Of a DNA stretch of 64,000 bases, positions 45,586-54,379 are shown one piece after another. The stretch spans positions 124,001-188,000 of the IMG/VR virus record IMGVR_UViG_3300046516_001816. The stretch is one strand, 5' to 3'. The translations under genes were made by a program, and so were the position numbers. The number at the start of each line of letters is the position of its first letter. Position 1 is the first letter of the stretch. The notes under the pieces are model-generated. The model saw only the letters and a list, made by a program, of their open reading frames with translations, did not search any database and was not told where the DNA came from.

Positions 45586-45613
45586 GGCCTCCCTGCGGGG
45601 AGGCCTTCTTTTT
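45586..45613 (+). terminator. Intrinsic terminator
   Basis: GGCCTCCC-TGCG-GGGAGGCC-TTCTTTTT. Confidence 0.75.
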
Positions 45614-45631
45614 CTGTATTAGGAGTCAATC

Positions 45632-47053
45632 ATGGTCATGAGTGTACGGGAAGCTCTGGCTCGCGTTGTGGATATTTTTGGTCCGCAGGCGTCTTGGGAC
45701 CCGACGAAGATGTACGGTAATGTGATGGTGTCCCCCAGCGGAAACCTCGTGATTCACAATACCGTGGATGACGGCAGTGGTGCTACCGTGCAGGTGACCG
45801 GTCAAGTCAAGACACAATCTTTGGCGATTGATTACGGGACCAACTACAGCACGTTGTATTTCAATAACACCAATAAAAATCGCTGGACCATCTACAAAGA
45901 AAATACCACGGAGTCAGGTAGCAATGCAGGGTCCAACTTTGGGTTAAACGCGGTGGCCGACGACGGCACGATCCAGACGCAGGTGATCGGGATTAACCGT
46001 GCTTCGTTTTTGACGACCTTTTACAAAAGTCTGTCGATTCTTGGCAACGTCTCAACAGCAGGCTATATCACACAGCAAGTCACGGCGGCCACTGACTGCA
46101 TTAACTTCATGAGCGCGCCGAACGCTCACTATAAAGGGATTTATTTTCAGACTTCAGGATCGGCGCGGTGGCTGATTATGTCGGACAATACGTCCGAGAG
46201 CGGGAGCAACGCAGGATCCAACTTTTATTTGGGTCGTTATAGCGACAGCGGGACCTGGATTGATAACGTCATTCAGATTACACGCTCCAATGCACTGACG
46301 ACCTTTACAGGGGCCTTGCAATCGACGAACATTGGCTCCGGCACCGGAGTCTATCGTGCCACCGGGGATAACGGTACCAGCTGGGGTAACTGGAACGGCT
46401 CCAGTACGACTTCCTTGCAAGTGGATTGCGCCAACCCGCAGTCAGCGTATATGGGTCTGCGCTGGACGCAGTGGGGTAGTCGTCACCTTGCGGCTATTTC
46501 TGGGTACGCGGGTGGCTCCACCAGCAGCACCTGTATGATCAACTTCGCTTTTGGTAGTAATGCGAACAGCCACATGTTCTACGATGGCGGCACGGCCACC
46601 TTTGCCGGTGCGCTCACGCAGAACTCGGACTATCGCATTAAGACCAATGTCGCTGCGATGGAACCGGCTGAAGTATTGGCGCGCGTGCTGAAGCTGCAAC
46701 CGAAGGAGTATGACCGCCACGATCATGAACATCACCTGCATGGTCGTCAAGCCGGCTTTATCGCGCATGAGGTTCAGGAACACTTTCCGCTGCTGGTGAA
46801 GGGCGAGAAAGACGCGATGAAAAAGGTGAAGCGCCAGATCGGCGACACGACCGTCTATGAACCCGGGAAGGAACCGGAAGACTATGAGCCCCCGGTCGAA
46901 GTCGAAGAGATGGTACCTGATCTTCAGTCGGTGAACTACATTGCGCTGGGTCCCTATCTCGTATCGGCGATCCAGGCGTTGAATGACAAGATCGATGCGC
47001 AGGCGAATGAGATCGTTGCATTGAAAGCCGCTCTTAAGGCGAAGGAGGCATAA
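45632..47053 (+). CDS. Tail-fibre tip/spike protein with peptidase S74 chaperone
   Basis: SD AGGAG; two RW.....T.ESGSNAGSNF repeats; NSDYRIKTNV...GFIAHEVQEHFP. Confidence 0.88.
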   Translation: MVMSVREALARVVDIFGPQASWDPTKMYGNVMVSPSGNLVIHNTVDDGSGATVQVTGQVKTQSLAIDYGTNYSTLYFNNTNKNRWTIYKENTTESGSNAGSNFGLNAVADDGTIQTQVIGINRASFLTTFYKSLSILGNVSTAGYITQQVTAATDCINFMSAPNAHYKGIYFQTSGSARWLIMSDNTSESGSNAGSNFYLGRYSDSGTWIDNVIQITRSNALTTFTGALQSTNIGSGTGVYRATGDNGTSWGNWNGSSTTSLQVDCANPQSAYMGLRWTQWGSRHLAAISGYAGGSTSSTCMINFAFGSNANSHMFYDGGTATFAGALTQNSDYRIKTNVAAMEPAEVLARVLKLQPKEYDRHDHEHHLHGRQAGFIAHEVQEHFPLLVKGEKDAMKKVKRQIGDTTVYEPGKEPEDYEPPVEVEEMVPDLQSVNYIALGPYLVSAIQALNDKIDAQANEIVALKAALKAKEA

Positions 47054-48207
47054 TGGCCACAGTTGCACAGATGTTAGCTCGTGTCATTGACCTCTTTGGT
47101 CCTGCGGGTACAGCAGACCCCACGAAGCTCTATGGCCGTTTGATGGTCAGCCCCAACGGGAATGTCTTGGTTGGTAAGACGACCGATGACGCTACCCATG
47201 ACTTCCAGGTTCAGGGCAATAGTCAATTTACCGGTACCCTGGGGGTCAGTGGCAATGTCACCCTGAGTGCTACTGCTCAGCGAATCACGGGCGACTACAG
47301 TAATGGCACCCTGGCTAGTCGCGTGCTGTTTCAAACATCCGCGGCCAATAGCAATACGTCCGTGGGTGCAGTGCCCAGCGGCTCAGGCACCGGGGGGAAC
47401 TTCACCATTTTCTCTACGCCTGATCCGACTAATTCGTCGTATTGTCAGATCGGGGTGACCGCAGGGGGATGGGCTTCACTGGTGGCCGGTGCGGCGGGCA
47501 CCGGTACACTTTTGCCGCTTTCGTTTAATACCGGCGGCGCATTACGCTGGCAGATCACCACGTCGGGTCAGTTTATGTACACCACCACCGCGGCGGGTTT
47601 GGGTGGGTATGTCAACGCCCTCTGGCAGATCAATACTACCAATAACACGGTGCGTGGCTGCGTGCAAGGTCACGCCAACGGTCAGGGCTACGGCATTGTG
47701 TTTGTGAATGGTAATGAGCAAGCCACGACCACCCAGGCCTGTGTGTTTGTTAATACCAGTGGCTCGGCGGTGGGTTCTATCACTGCCAGTACCTCCGCCA
47801 CGGCGTTTAACACGACTTCAGACTACCGCCTCAAAGACAATGTGGTGAAGTTGGATCGCGCGCTGGATACGGTGATGAAGCTGCGACCCGTGCGCTACAC
47901 GTTTAACCATGTGCCGAAGGAAGATCGTCATCTCGTGCATGAGGGTTTTATCGCGCACGAGTTGCAGGAATATGTCCCTCACGCCGTGCACGGCAAGAAG
48001 GACGAAGTCTGGCATAACCTCAAGCTGCGGAAAGGCCACGATCCGAAGAACATCAAGCATGAGGATGTGCTCGACGTCGAAGAGGAAATGGTCATCCAGC
48101 AAGTGGACTATTCCAAGGTGGTGCCACTACTGACCGCAGCGTTGCAAGAAGCGATCACGGAAATTCAATCACTGAAGGAACGTGTCGCTGAGTTGGAAGC
48201 GAAGTAA
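47053..48207 (+). CDS. Tail-fibre tip/spike protein with peptidase S74 chaperone
   Basis: SD AAGGAGG, TAATG coupling; N-terminus like 45632; TSDYRLKDNV...GFIAHELQE.VP. Confidence 0.88.
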   Translation: MATVAQMLARVIDLFGPAGTADPTKLYGRLMVSPNGNVLVGKTTDDATHDFQVQGNSQFTGTLGVSGNVTLSATAQRITGDYSNGTLASRVLFQTSAANSNTSVGAVPSGSGTGGNFTIFSTPDPTNSSYCQIGVTAGGWASLVAGAAGTGTLLPLSFNTGGALRWQITTSGQFMYTTTAAGLGGYVNALWQINTTNNTVRGCVQGHANGQGYGIVFVNGNEQATTTQACVFVNTSGSAVGSITASTSATAFNTTSDYRLKDNVVKLDRALDTVMKLRPVRYTFNHVPKEDRHLVHEGFIAHELQEYVPHAVHGKKDEVWHNLKLRKGHDPKNIKHEDVLDVEEEMVIQQVDYSKVVPLLTAALQEAITEIQSLKERVAELEAK

Positions 48208-48212
48208 CTAAG

Positions 48213-48241
48213 GCCCGGGCTTCGGCTCGGGCTTTATGCCC
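48213..48241 (+). terminator. Hairpin (cUUCGg) + TTTATGCCC element
   Basis: GCCCGGGC-TTCG-GCTCGGGC-TTTATGCCC. Confidence 0.75.
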
Positions 48242-48267
48242 TTTAGGCAATTTTGGCTGGCGAATCG

Positions 48268-48271
48268 TATG
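48268..48271 (+). promoter_or_regulatory. Putative late promoter TATG
   Basis: 25 nt before ATG 48296. Confidence 0.4.
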
Positions 48272-48295
48272 TGACTTTCTAATCTGGGATAAATC

Positions 48296-51200
48296 ATGAC
48301 CGGCAATGTAGATCATCTTACTCACCTCAAGGGTGAAGTGGAACAGCTGGTAGATACGGTGGATGGTCTGGGGGTTGCGTTTAACTTGGCCACGGGTGGA
48401 GACATTGCTGTCTATGCCCAGCAAGCACTCGCAAATGCCGGTCAGGCTCAGACGGCATCAGCAGCCGCGTCCCAGTCCGCTACTACAGCTACTGCCGCTG
48501 CCACACAAACGGCACAAGACGTGATCAACGCCAATGCGGCGGCGACACAGGCCGCGGCTTCCGCAGGCAATGCCGCACAGTCGGCATCGACCGCGGTATC
48601 AGCACAACTCTCGGCGAGCTCCAGCGCAAGCGCAGCATCCAACTCGGCCATTGCCGCGGCGAACTCGGCTTCGACCATGGCCGCATCAGTAACCGCCGCA
48701 GGCAACAGCGCAGCGGCTGCTCACACCAGCGAAACCAATGCCGCGACTTCGGCTAGCGCTGCGCAGTCATCCGCAGCTCAGGTTACGGCGCTGTATAACG
48801 CCTGGGGTCAAGTCTTCCTGGGTGAATTCCCGTCAGATCCCACGCTGGATAATCAAGGCAATGCGCTCATCGATGGCGCGATGTATTTGAACACCACCGA
48901 AGTCCCGCCTGCGATCCGAATCTATACGGCGGGTAAGTGGCAGGACATGGATGAACAGGGCGTGCTGGCATCACAAGCCGCGCAGACTTCGGCTCAGCAA
49001 GCCGCCACGTCGTCCAGTGCAGCCCAGACCTTTGCCGGTACCGCAGCCACCAACGCGGCGGCTGCTAGCACGTCAGCTAATGCAGCAGCGACTTCGGCTA
49101 CGACAGCGTCTGATCTTGCCGGACAAGCAGCGACGTCCGCGACCAATGCGTCTGATTCGGAAATCGCGGCCGCGTCCAGCGCTACGGAAGCAGATGCAGC
49201 GGCAGCGTTGGCGCAAGACTGGGCTTCTAAGTCAGACGGTACGGTGGGTGGGACGGAATTCTTTTCGGCTGCTCACTATGCGCAGGAGGCGGATGCAGCG
49301 AACACCGCGGTGCAAAGCTCGATCTCCAATGCAGCTGCTTTGGGTGGAGCAGCTGCTACGTCGGCCACGCAAGCTGCATCCAGTGCAACTGCGGCTGCTA
49401 CGTCGGCTTCGCAGGCTTCGGGTTCGGCGACAGCCGCCGGTGTCAGTGCAGGTAATGCTGCTAACAGCGCTGCGGCGGCGCAGGCTTCTCAATCGGCAGC
49501 CGCGACCAGTGAAACCAATGCAGCGACGAGTGCGACGCATGCGGCTACCTCCGAAACGAATGCTGCGGCCAGTGCAACGTCGGCCAGTGCAGCGGACACG
49601 GATGCCAAAGCGCAAGCGACCAGTGCCACGACGGCTGCGCAATTGGCAGAAGACTGGGCGACGAAGACGAGTGCCACAGTAGACGGGGTGGAGTATTCGG
49701 CCAAGTACTACGCGAACCAAGCTGTAGCAGCAGACACGGATGCTCAGGCAAAGGCTGCTACGGCTGCAACGTCAGCGACCACCGCTACGACACAAGCCAC
49801 CAATGCTACCAGCAGCGCCACCTTGGCTCAGCAATGGGCAACGAGTGCAACGCTGGTGGCATCGACTGATTATTCGGCGAAGTATTACGCCAATGCAGCA
49901 GGTTCGTCGGCGACTGCCGCTGCAAACAGTGCGTCCTCGATTGCCGCGACGGCCACGGCTGTTGCAGCGAATGCCGCGCTGGCCGCCGCGTGGGCGTCGC
50001 AAGAATCGGGTACGGTGAATGGGACCACGTATTACTCGGCACTGTACTACGCGCTTCAAGCAGCGAATGCCGATACGGATGCTCAAACGCAGGCCACCAA
50101 TGCAGCGACGAGTGCTACGGCAGCTGCCTCCAGCGCTACAAATGCCGCAACATCGGCAAGCAGTCTTCAAAGTGCACTGGCTTCGTTTAGTGCATTGTTC
50201 CTGGGCCCTCATTCCACTCCGCCGACCGTAGACAACCAAGGCAACCCGTTGATCACCGGTGCGCAGTACATGGATTCGTCACAGAGTCCGCCGGTACTGA
50301 ATGAATGGACGGGCTCGGCTTGGGTGGCTGTCTCCAACGATGCTTCGGGCAACGCTCAACTTGCGGCGACTCAAGCGCAGGCGGCAGCGACTTCGGCATC
50401 AGGGAGTGCATCGGCGGCTTCGACGAGCGAATCGAATGCAAGTACTTCCGCCACTAATGCAGCAAATTCTGCAACTGCTGCTGCATCTTCCGCTTCTGCC
50501 AGTGCTGGTAGTGCTACTGCTGCTCAAACGGCTGCTAGCGCCGCACAAGCCGCTGACACGGATGCGACAACGCAAGCAACTAATGCGGGAGCATCTGCAA
50601 CAAGCGCAGCAGGCAGTGCAAGTGCAGCAGGAACTTCAGCAGGTCAGGCAACTGATGCAGCAGCACTTGCTCAAGCTTGGGCAAGCCAGGCAAGCGGAAA
50701 TGTAAACGGTACCGCGTTTGCGTCGGCATTGCAGTATGCGCAACAGGCTTCTAGCTCGGCCACCAGTGCGAGCACGGCAGTAACGCAGTCGCAAGCCAAT
50801 GCAACCCTGGCTCAATCGTGGGCCTCGCAGACCTCGGGTAAGGTCAATAGCAGCAACTATTACTCGGCGTATTACTACGCGACGCAGGCCGCGACGAGTG
50901 CTACTGCCGCTGGCACGAGTGCGACCACAGCTAGCACCGCAGCCACCTCCGCTACAGCGAGTCAAACCGCTGCGGCGACGTCCGCCACCAACGCCGCAGG
51001 CAGCGCGACGACGGCACAAACCGCCGCCACGACGGCGACGAATCAAGCAGCAGCAGCGAGTGCTTCGGCAAGTGCAGCAGCTGCTAGTGATACGGATGCG
51101 ACCACTCAGGCGAGTAATGCAGCAGCCTCGGCAACCACGGCCAGTAATGCCGCGACAACCGCCAGCGCTGCGGCGACCACCGCTACCACACAGGCGACTG

Positions 51201-54200
51201 CTGCGGCACAATCGGCAACGCAAGCAGCAGCATCGGCTACGGCCGCAGCGAGCTCAGCTACCAGTGCAGCATCGAGTGCCACCGCGGCAGCTGCGTCGGC
51301 GACAACGGCTAGCACTCAGGCAGGGAATGCCTCGACCTCGGCAACGAACGCAGCGAATTCTGCTGCTTCTATTCTGGGGCAGACGGGCACGAACCTCGCA
51401 CAAGTGCAAGCCATTCAGGCGCAGTTGAATGCAGCACTGGCGAGTTTTGGTTCCGTGTGGCTGGGTCAGCAAACCAGCGATCCGACGGTGGACTTGAACC
51501 ATCAGCCGATTGCCAATGGAGCGATGTACCAAAATACGTCGACCACGCCACCGGTGATTCGGATCTATGAAGGGGGAGTGTGGCAGGATTGGGATTTGCA
51601 AGGCGAGCAGGCGATGGCCAATGCAACCCTGGCGGCTTCCCAAGCTGCGCAGTCGGCGACCGCTTCGGCCACCAGTGCCCAGACATCGGCCACGGCTGCC
51701 AACACGGCCCTGACGGCGATGAATGCGGCACAGGCAGCCCAGACGGCTGCGCAAAGTGCAGACAGCGACGCAACGACTCAGGCCACCGCAGCAGCCGGGT
51801 CTGCCACCGCAGCAGATGGTTCGGCGCAGCAGGCAGAGTACTTCATGAACCAGGCGATTGCTTGGGCGACCTCGGATAGTGCCAACATTAACTTTTCGAA
51901 TCGGGGTTCGGCGTATTACTACGCGAGCGTAGCGTATAACTACTACGTCGCGATTCAGAACCTGAATTCGAGTGCAGGGACGAGTGCGACCAACGCGGCG
52001 AATAGTGCTAGCGCCGCAGCCGCTTCGTTGTCGTCGATTAACACGCAGTTGTCGCAGTCGGCAGCGAGTGCAACGGCCGCCGCCGCGTCGGCAGCGGATG
52101 CTGCGTCGAGTGCAGGTAACGCCAGCGCATCGGCTTCTGCTTCGGCCAATAGTGCAGCTACGTCGGCTACGCAGTCGTCTAATGCGTCCACGGCAGCGGC
52201 GAATGCCAACAACTCTGCGAATCAAGCGGCCACGAGTGCAACAGCGTCTGCACAATCAGCCACCGATGCGTCGACCTCTGCGTCTCAGGCAGCGGCTTAC
52301 CTGAACGACGTGACGAACCACACGGGTGATGCGTCTCAGTATTCGGCGCTGGCTCAGTCGTGGGCGTCGCAAGGCAGCGGCACGGTAGACGGGACCAGTT
52401 ACTCGGCCTACTACTATGCCAATCAAGCGGGCGTGTCGGCGACGAACGCAGGCAATAGTGCAGCAGGGGCCAGTAGCAGTGCGACTGCGGCAGCGGGCTC
52501 GGAAACGAACTCGGCAGCGTCAGCTGCGTTGGCACAGGCTTGGGCTAGCCAAGGTTCGGGCGTGGTCAATGGGACGAGTAGTTATTCGGCCTTCTACTAC
52601 GCTCAAGCGGCGGCGACGTCAGCGACCAGTGCAGCGAACGCTGTCACCACGGGTAGTCAGTATGTGACGTTGGCAGCTTCATGGGCTTCGCAAGCGACGG
52701 GTAATGTGGATGGTTCGCAATACAAGTCCGCCTTCCAGTACGCTACGCTGGCAGCCGCTTCGCAGCAGACGGCGAGCACCGCAGCGACGAATGCAGCCGG
52801 TAGCGCCACAGCTGCCGCTAGCAGTGCCACCGCAGCGGCCGGTTCGGCGAGTTCAGCAGCGACGTCGCTGGCCAGTCTCCAGGCAGCGTATGCGTCCTTT
52901 ACCAGCACTTGGTTGGGACCGTACAGCACGCCGCCTACCCAGACACCGACGGGTGGGGTGTTGACGATTGGTGCGCAGTACGAAGACACCAGTCAGACTC
53001 CGCCGGTAGTGATGACGTGGGATGGGTCGGTATGGAATCCGCCGAGTGCTGCGGATGCGAGTGCCTCGGCGAACGTCACGTTGGCCGCGGCTCAAGCGCA
53101 GTCTGCCGCAGGTACAGCCGCGACGTCCGCTTCGAATGCGTCGAGCTCAGAAACCAATGCCGCAGCTTCGGCGTCGGCCGCAGCTGCGTCGGCTTCGGCA
53201 GCTGATGCATCCAACACGGCGACCACTGCCAATGCCGCGTTGGCCCAAGCGTGGGCGAGCCAAACGTCTGGGAAAGTGAATGGTACGCAGTCGTATTCCG
53301 CGTACTACTACATGCTTCAGGCGCAGTCAGCTCTGAATAGTGTCCAGGCCTCGCAGACGGACGTGGATGCCAAACAAACGCAGGCAGACGCGAGTGCGTC
53401 CCTTGCCATGGCGTGGGCGTCGCAAAGCACGGGCGTGGTGAACAATACGCAGTACTATTCGGCGTATTACTACGCACAGCAGGCGCTGTCGGCTAACACC
53501 TCGGCTCAGTCAGCGCTGACGACGATTCAAGCAGCAGTGGCGCAGGCTCAAACTGCGGCCACCCAAGCGACCAATCTCGTGTCAGGCCCGAGCGGGTCGG
53601 CTAACTACTACTCGACGCAAGCGGCGAACTCCGCCACGACCGCGAGTACGGCAGCTACCAATGCACAAACCAGTGCATCGGCTGCGGCGACGTCTGCCGC
53701 GAATGCAGCTGCCGCAGCACAACAGGTGTTGACTAATTCGAATGCAGCCAGTACCAGTGCAACGAATGCGTCGAACAGTGCAACTGCTGCGGCAGGTAGT
53801 GCCACAGCTGCGCAGGGGAGCGCCACGGCAGCGAATACGTCAAAGACTAATGCAGCTACGTCAGCGACCGCTGCCGCAGGCAGTGCCAGTGCTGCTGCGG
53901 GGTCCGCCACGCAAGCGGCCAATAGTGCCACGTCCGCTACCAGTAGTGCGACCGCTGCCAGTAGTTCGGCCACGGCAGCGGCCGCCAGTGCCGCTAAGGC
54001 GCTGGTCAACGCGCGGATCTCGTGCTCCGTCACGGGTAATCCGAACGTGTTTCAAGAAGTGAAGTATCCGTTTGCGGGCGACACCTGTACGTTTGATACG
54101 AACTTTGGGCCTTCCGCAGCCATCTGTACGTTTATGGAAGGCACGAGTGCGACGGTGAATGTGTTGGCGTATAACGCGGCTCACCCGACTGGGGTGGTCG

Positions 54201-54367
54201 TGGGCACGCTCACGTTCACGCAAACGACAGGCAATAGCGGCACGGGTGTGTTTAGTTCAGTCTCGAGTACGACGACGGTGTTTAATCCGGGTGACACGAT
54301 TTCGTTGTTGCCGGTGAGCACCAATCTCGCCTCGATGGCTGTGACGTTTAAGGGTAGCTACAGTTAA
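48296..54367 (+). CDS. Very long fibre shaft (2023 aa) with 4 knob domains, 12 WAS..YSA.YYA knuckles and a C-terminal adaptor domain (cassette B)
   Basis: Ala/Ser/Thr heptads throughout; C-terminal VGTLTFTQ...VFNPGDTISL matches the end of 30412. Confidence 0.9.
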   Translation: MTGNVDHLTHLKGEVEQLVDTVDGLGVAFNLATGGDIAVYAQQALANAGQAQTASAAASQSATTATAAATQTAQDVINANAAATQAAASAGNAAQSASTAVSAQLSASSSASAASNSAIAAANSASTMAASVTAAGNSAAAAHTSETNAATSASAAQSSAAQVTALYNAWGQVFLGEFPSDPTLDNQGNALIDGAMYLNTTEVPPAIRIYTAGKWQDMDEQGVLASQAAQTSAQQAATSSSAAQTFAGTAATNAAAASTSANAAATSATTASDLAGQAATSATNASDSEIAAASSATEADAAAALAQDWASKSDGTVGGTEFFSAAHYAQEADAANTAVQSSISNAAALGGAAATSATQAASSATAAATSASQASGSATAAGVSAGNAANSAAAAQASQSAAATSETNAATSATHAATSETNAAASATSASAADTDAKAQATSATTAAQLAEDWATKTSATVDGVEYSAKYYANQAVAADTDAQAKAATAATSATTATTQATNATSSATLAQQWATSATLVASTDYSAKYYANAAGSSATAAANSASSIAATATAVAANAALAAAWASQESGTVNGTTYYSALYYALQAANADTDAQTQATNAATSATAAASSATNAATSASSLQSALASFSALFLGPHSTPPTVDNQGNPLITGAQYMDSSQSPPVLNEWTGSAWVAVSNDASGNAQLAATQAQAAATSASGSASAASTSESNASTSATNAANSATAAASSASASAGSATAAQTAASAAQAADTDATTQATNAGASATSAAGSASAAGTSAGQATDAAALAQAWASQASGNVNGTAFASALQYAQQASSSATSASTAVTQSQANATLAQSWASQTSGKVNSSNYYSAYYYATQAATSATAAGTSATTASTAATSATASQTAAATSATNAAGSATTAQTAATTATNQAAAASASASAAAASDTDATTQASNAAASATTASNAATTASAAATTATTQATAAAQSATQAAASATAAASSATSAASSATAAAASATTASTQAGNASTSATNAANSAASILGQTGTNLAQVQAIQAQLNAALASFGSVWLGQQTSDPTVDLNHQPIANGAMYQNTSTTPPVIRIYEGGVWQDWDLQGEQAMANATLAASQAAQSATASATSAQTSATAANTALTAMNAAQAAQTAAQSADSDATTQATAAAGSATAADGSAQQAEYFMNQAIAWATSDSANINFSNRGSAYYYASVAYNYYVAIQNLNSSAGTSATNAANSASAAAASLSSINTQLSQSAASATAAAASAADAASSAGNASASASASANSAATSATQSSNASTAAANANNSANQAATSATASAQSATDASTSASQAAAYLNDVTNHTGDASQYSALAQSWASQGSGTVDGTSYSAYYYANQAGVSATNAGNSAAGASSSATAAAGSETNSAASAALAQAWASQGSGVVNGTSSYSAFYYAQAAATSATSAANAVTTGSQYVTLAASWASQATGNVDGSQYKSAFQYATLAAASQQTASTAATNAAGSATAAASSATAAAGSASSAATSLASLQAAYASFTSTWLGPYSTPPTQTPTGGVLTIGAQYEDTSQTPPVVMTWDGSVWNPPSAADASASANVTLAAAQAQSAAGTAATSASNASSSETNAAASASAAAASASAADASNTATTANAALAQAWASQTSGKVNGTQSYSAYYYMLQAQSALNSVQASQTDVDAKQTQADASASLAMAWASQSTGVVNNTQYYSAYYYAQQALSANTSAQSALTTIQAAVAQAQTAATQATNLVSGPSGSANYYSTQAANSATTASTAATNAQTSASAAATSAANAAAAAQQVLTNSNAASTSATNASNSATAAAGSATAAQGSATAANTSKTNAATSATAAAGSASAAAGSATQAANSATSATSSATAASSSATAAAASAAKALVNARISCSVTGNPNVFQEVKYPFAGDTCTFDTNFGPSAAICTFMEGTSATVNVLAYNAAHPTGVVVGTLTFTQTTGNSGTGVFSSVSSTTTVFNPGDTISLLPVSTNLASMAVTFKGSYS

Positions 54368-54379
54368 AGGAAATGAGCG

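Noticed and set aside
39000-54300. Many Arg/Pro/Gln-rich alternative-frame ORFs over the shafts
   Set aside because: Frame-shifted readings of GCN/ACN/TCN repeats lack stops by composition, so they are not evidence of overlapping genes.
28732-54367. Ala/Ser/Thr repeats as Gram-positive serine-rich-repeat adhesins, or as a CRISPR/tandem DNA array
   Set aside because: No signal peptide, LPxTG anchor, accessory Sec or glycosyltransferase genes; the repeats are heptad-periodic at protein level and not identical in DNA; no repeat-spacer structure.
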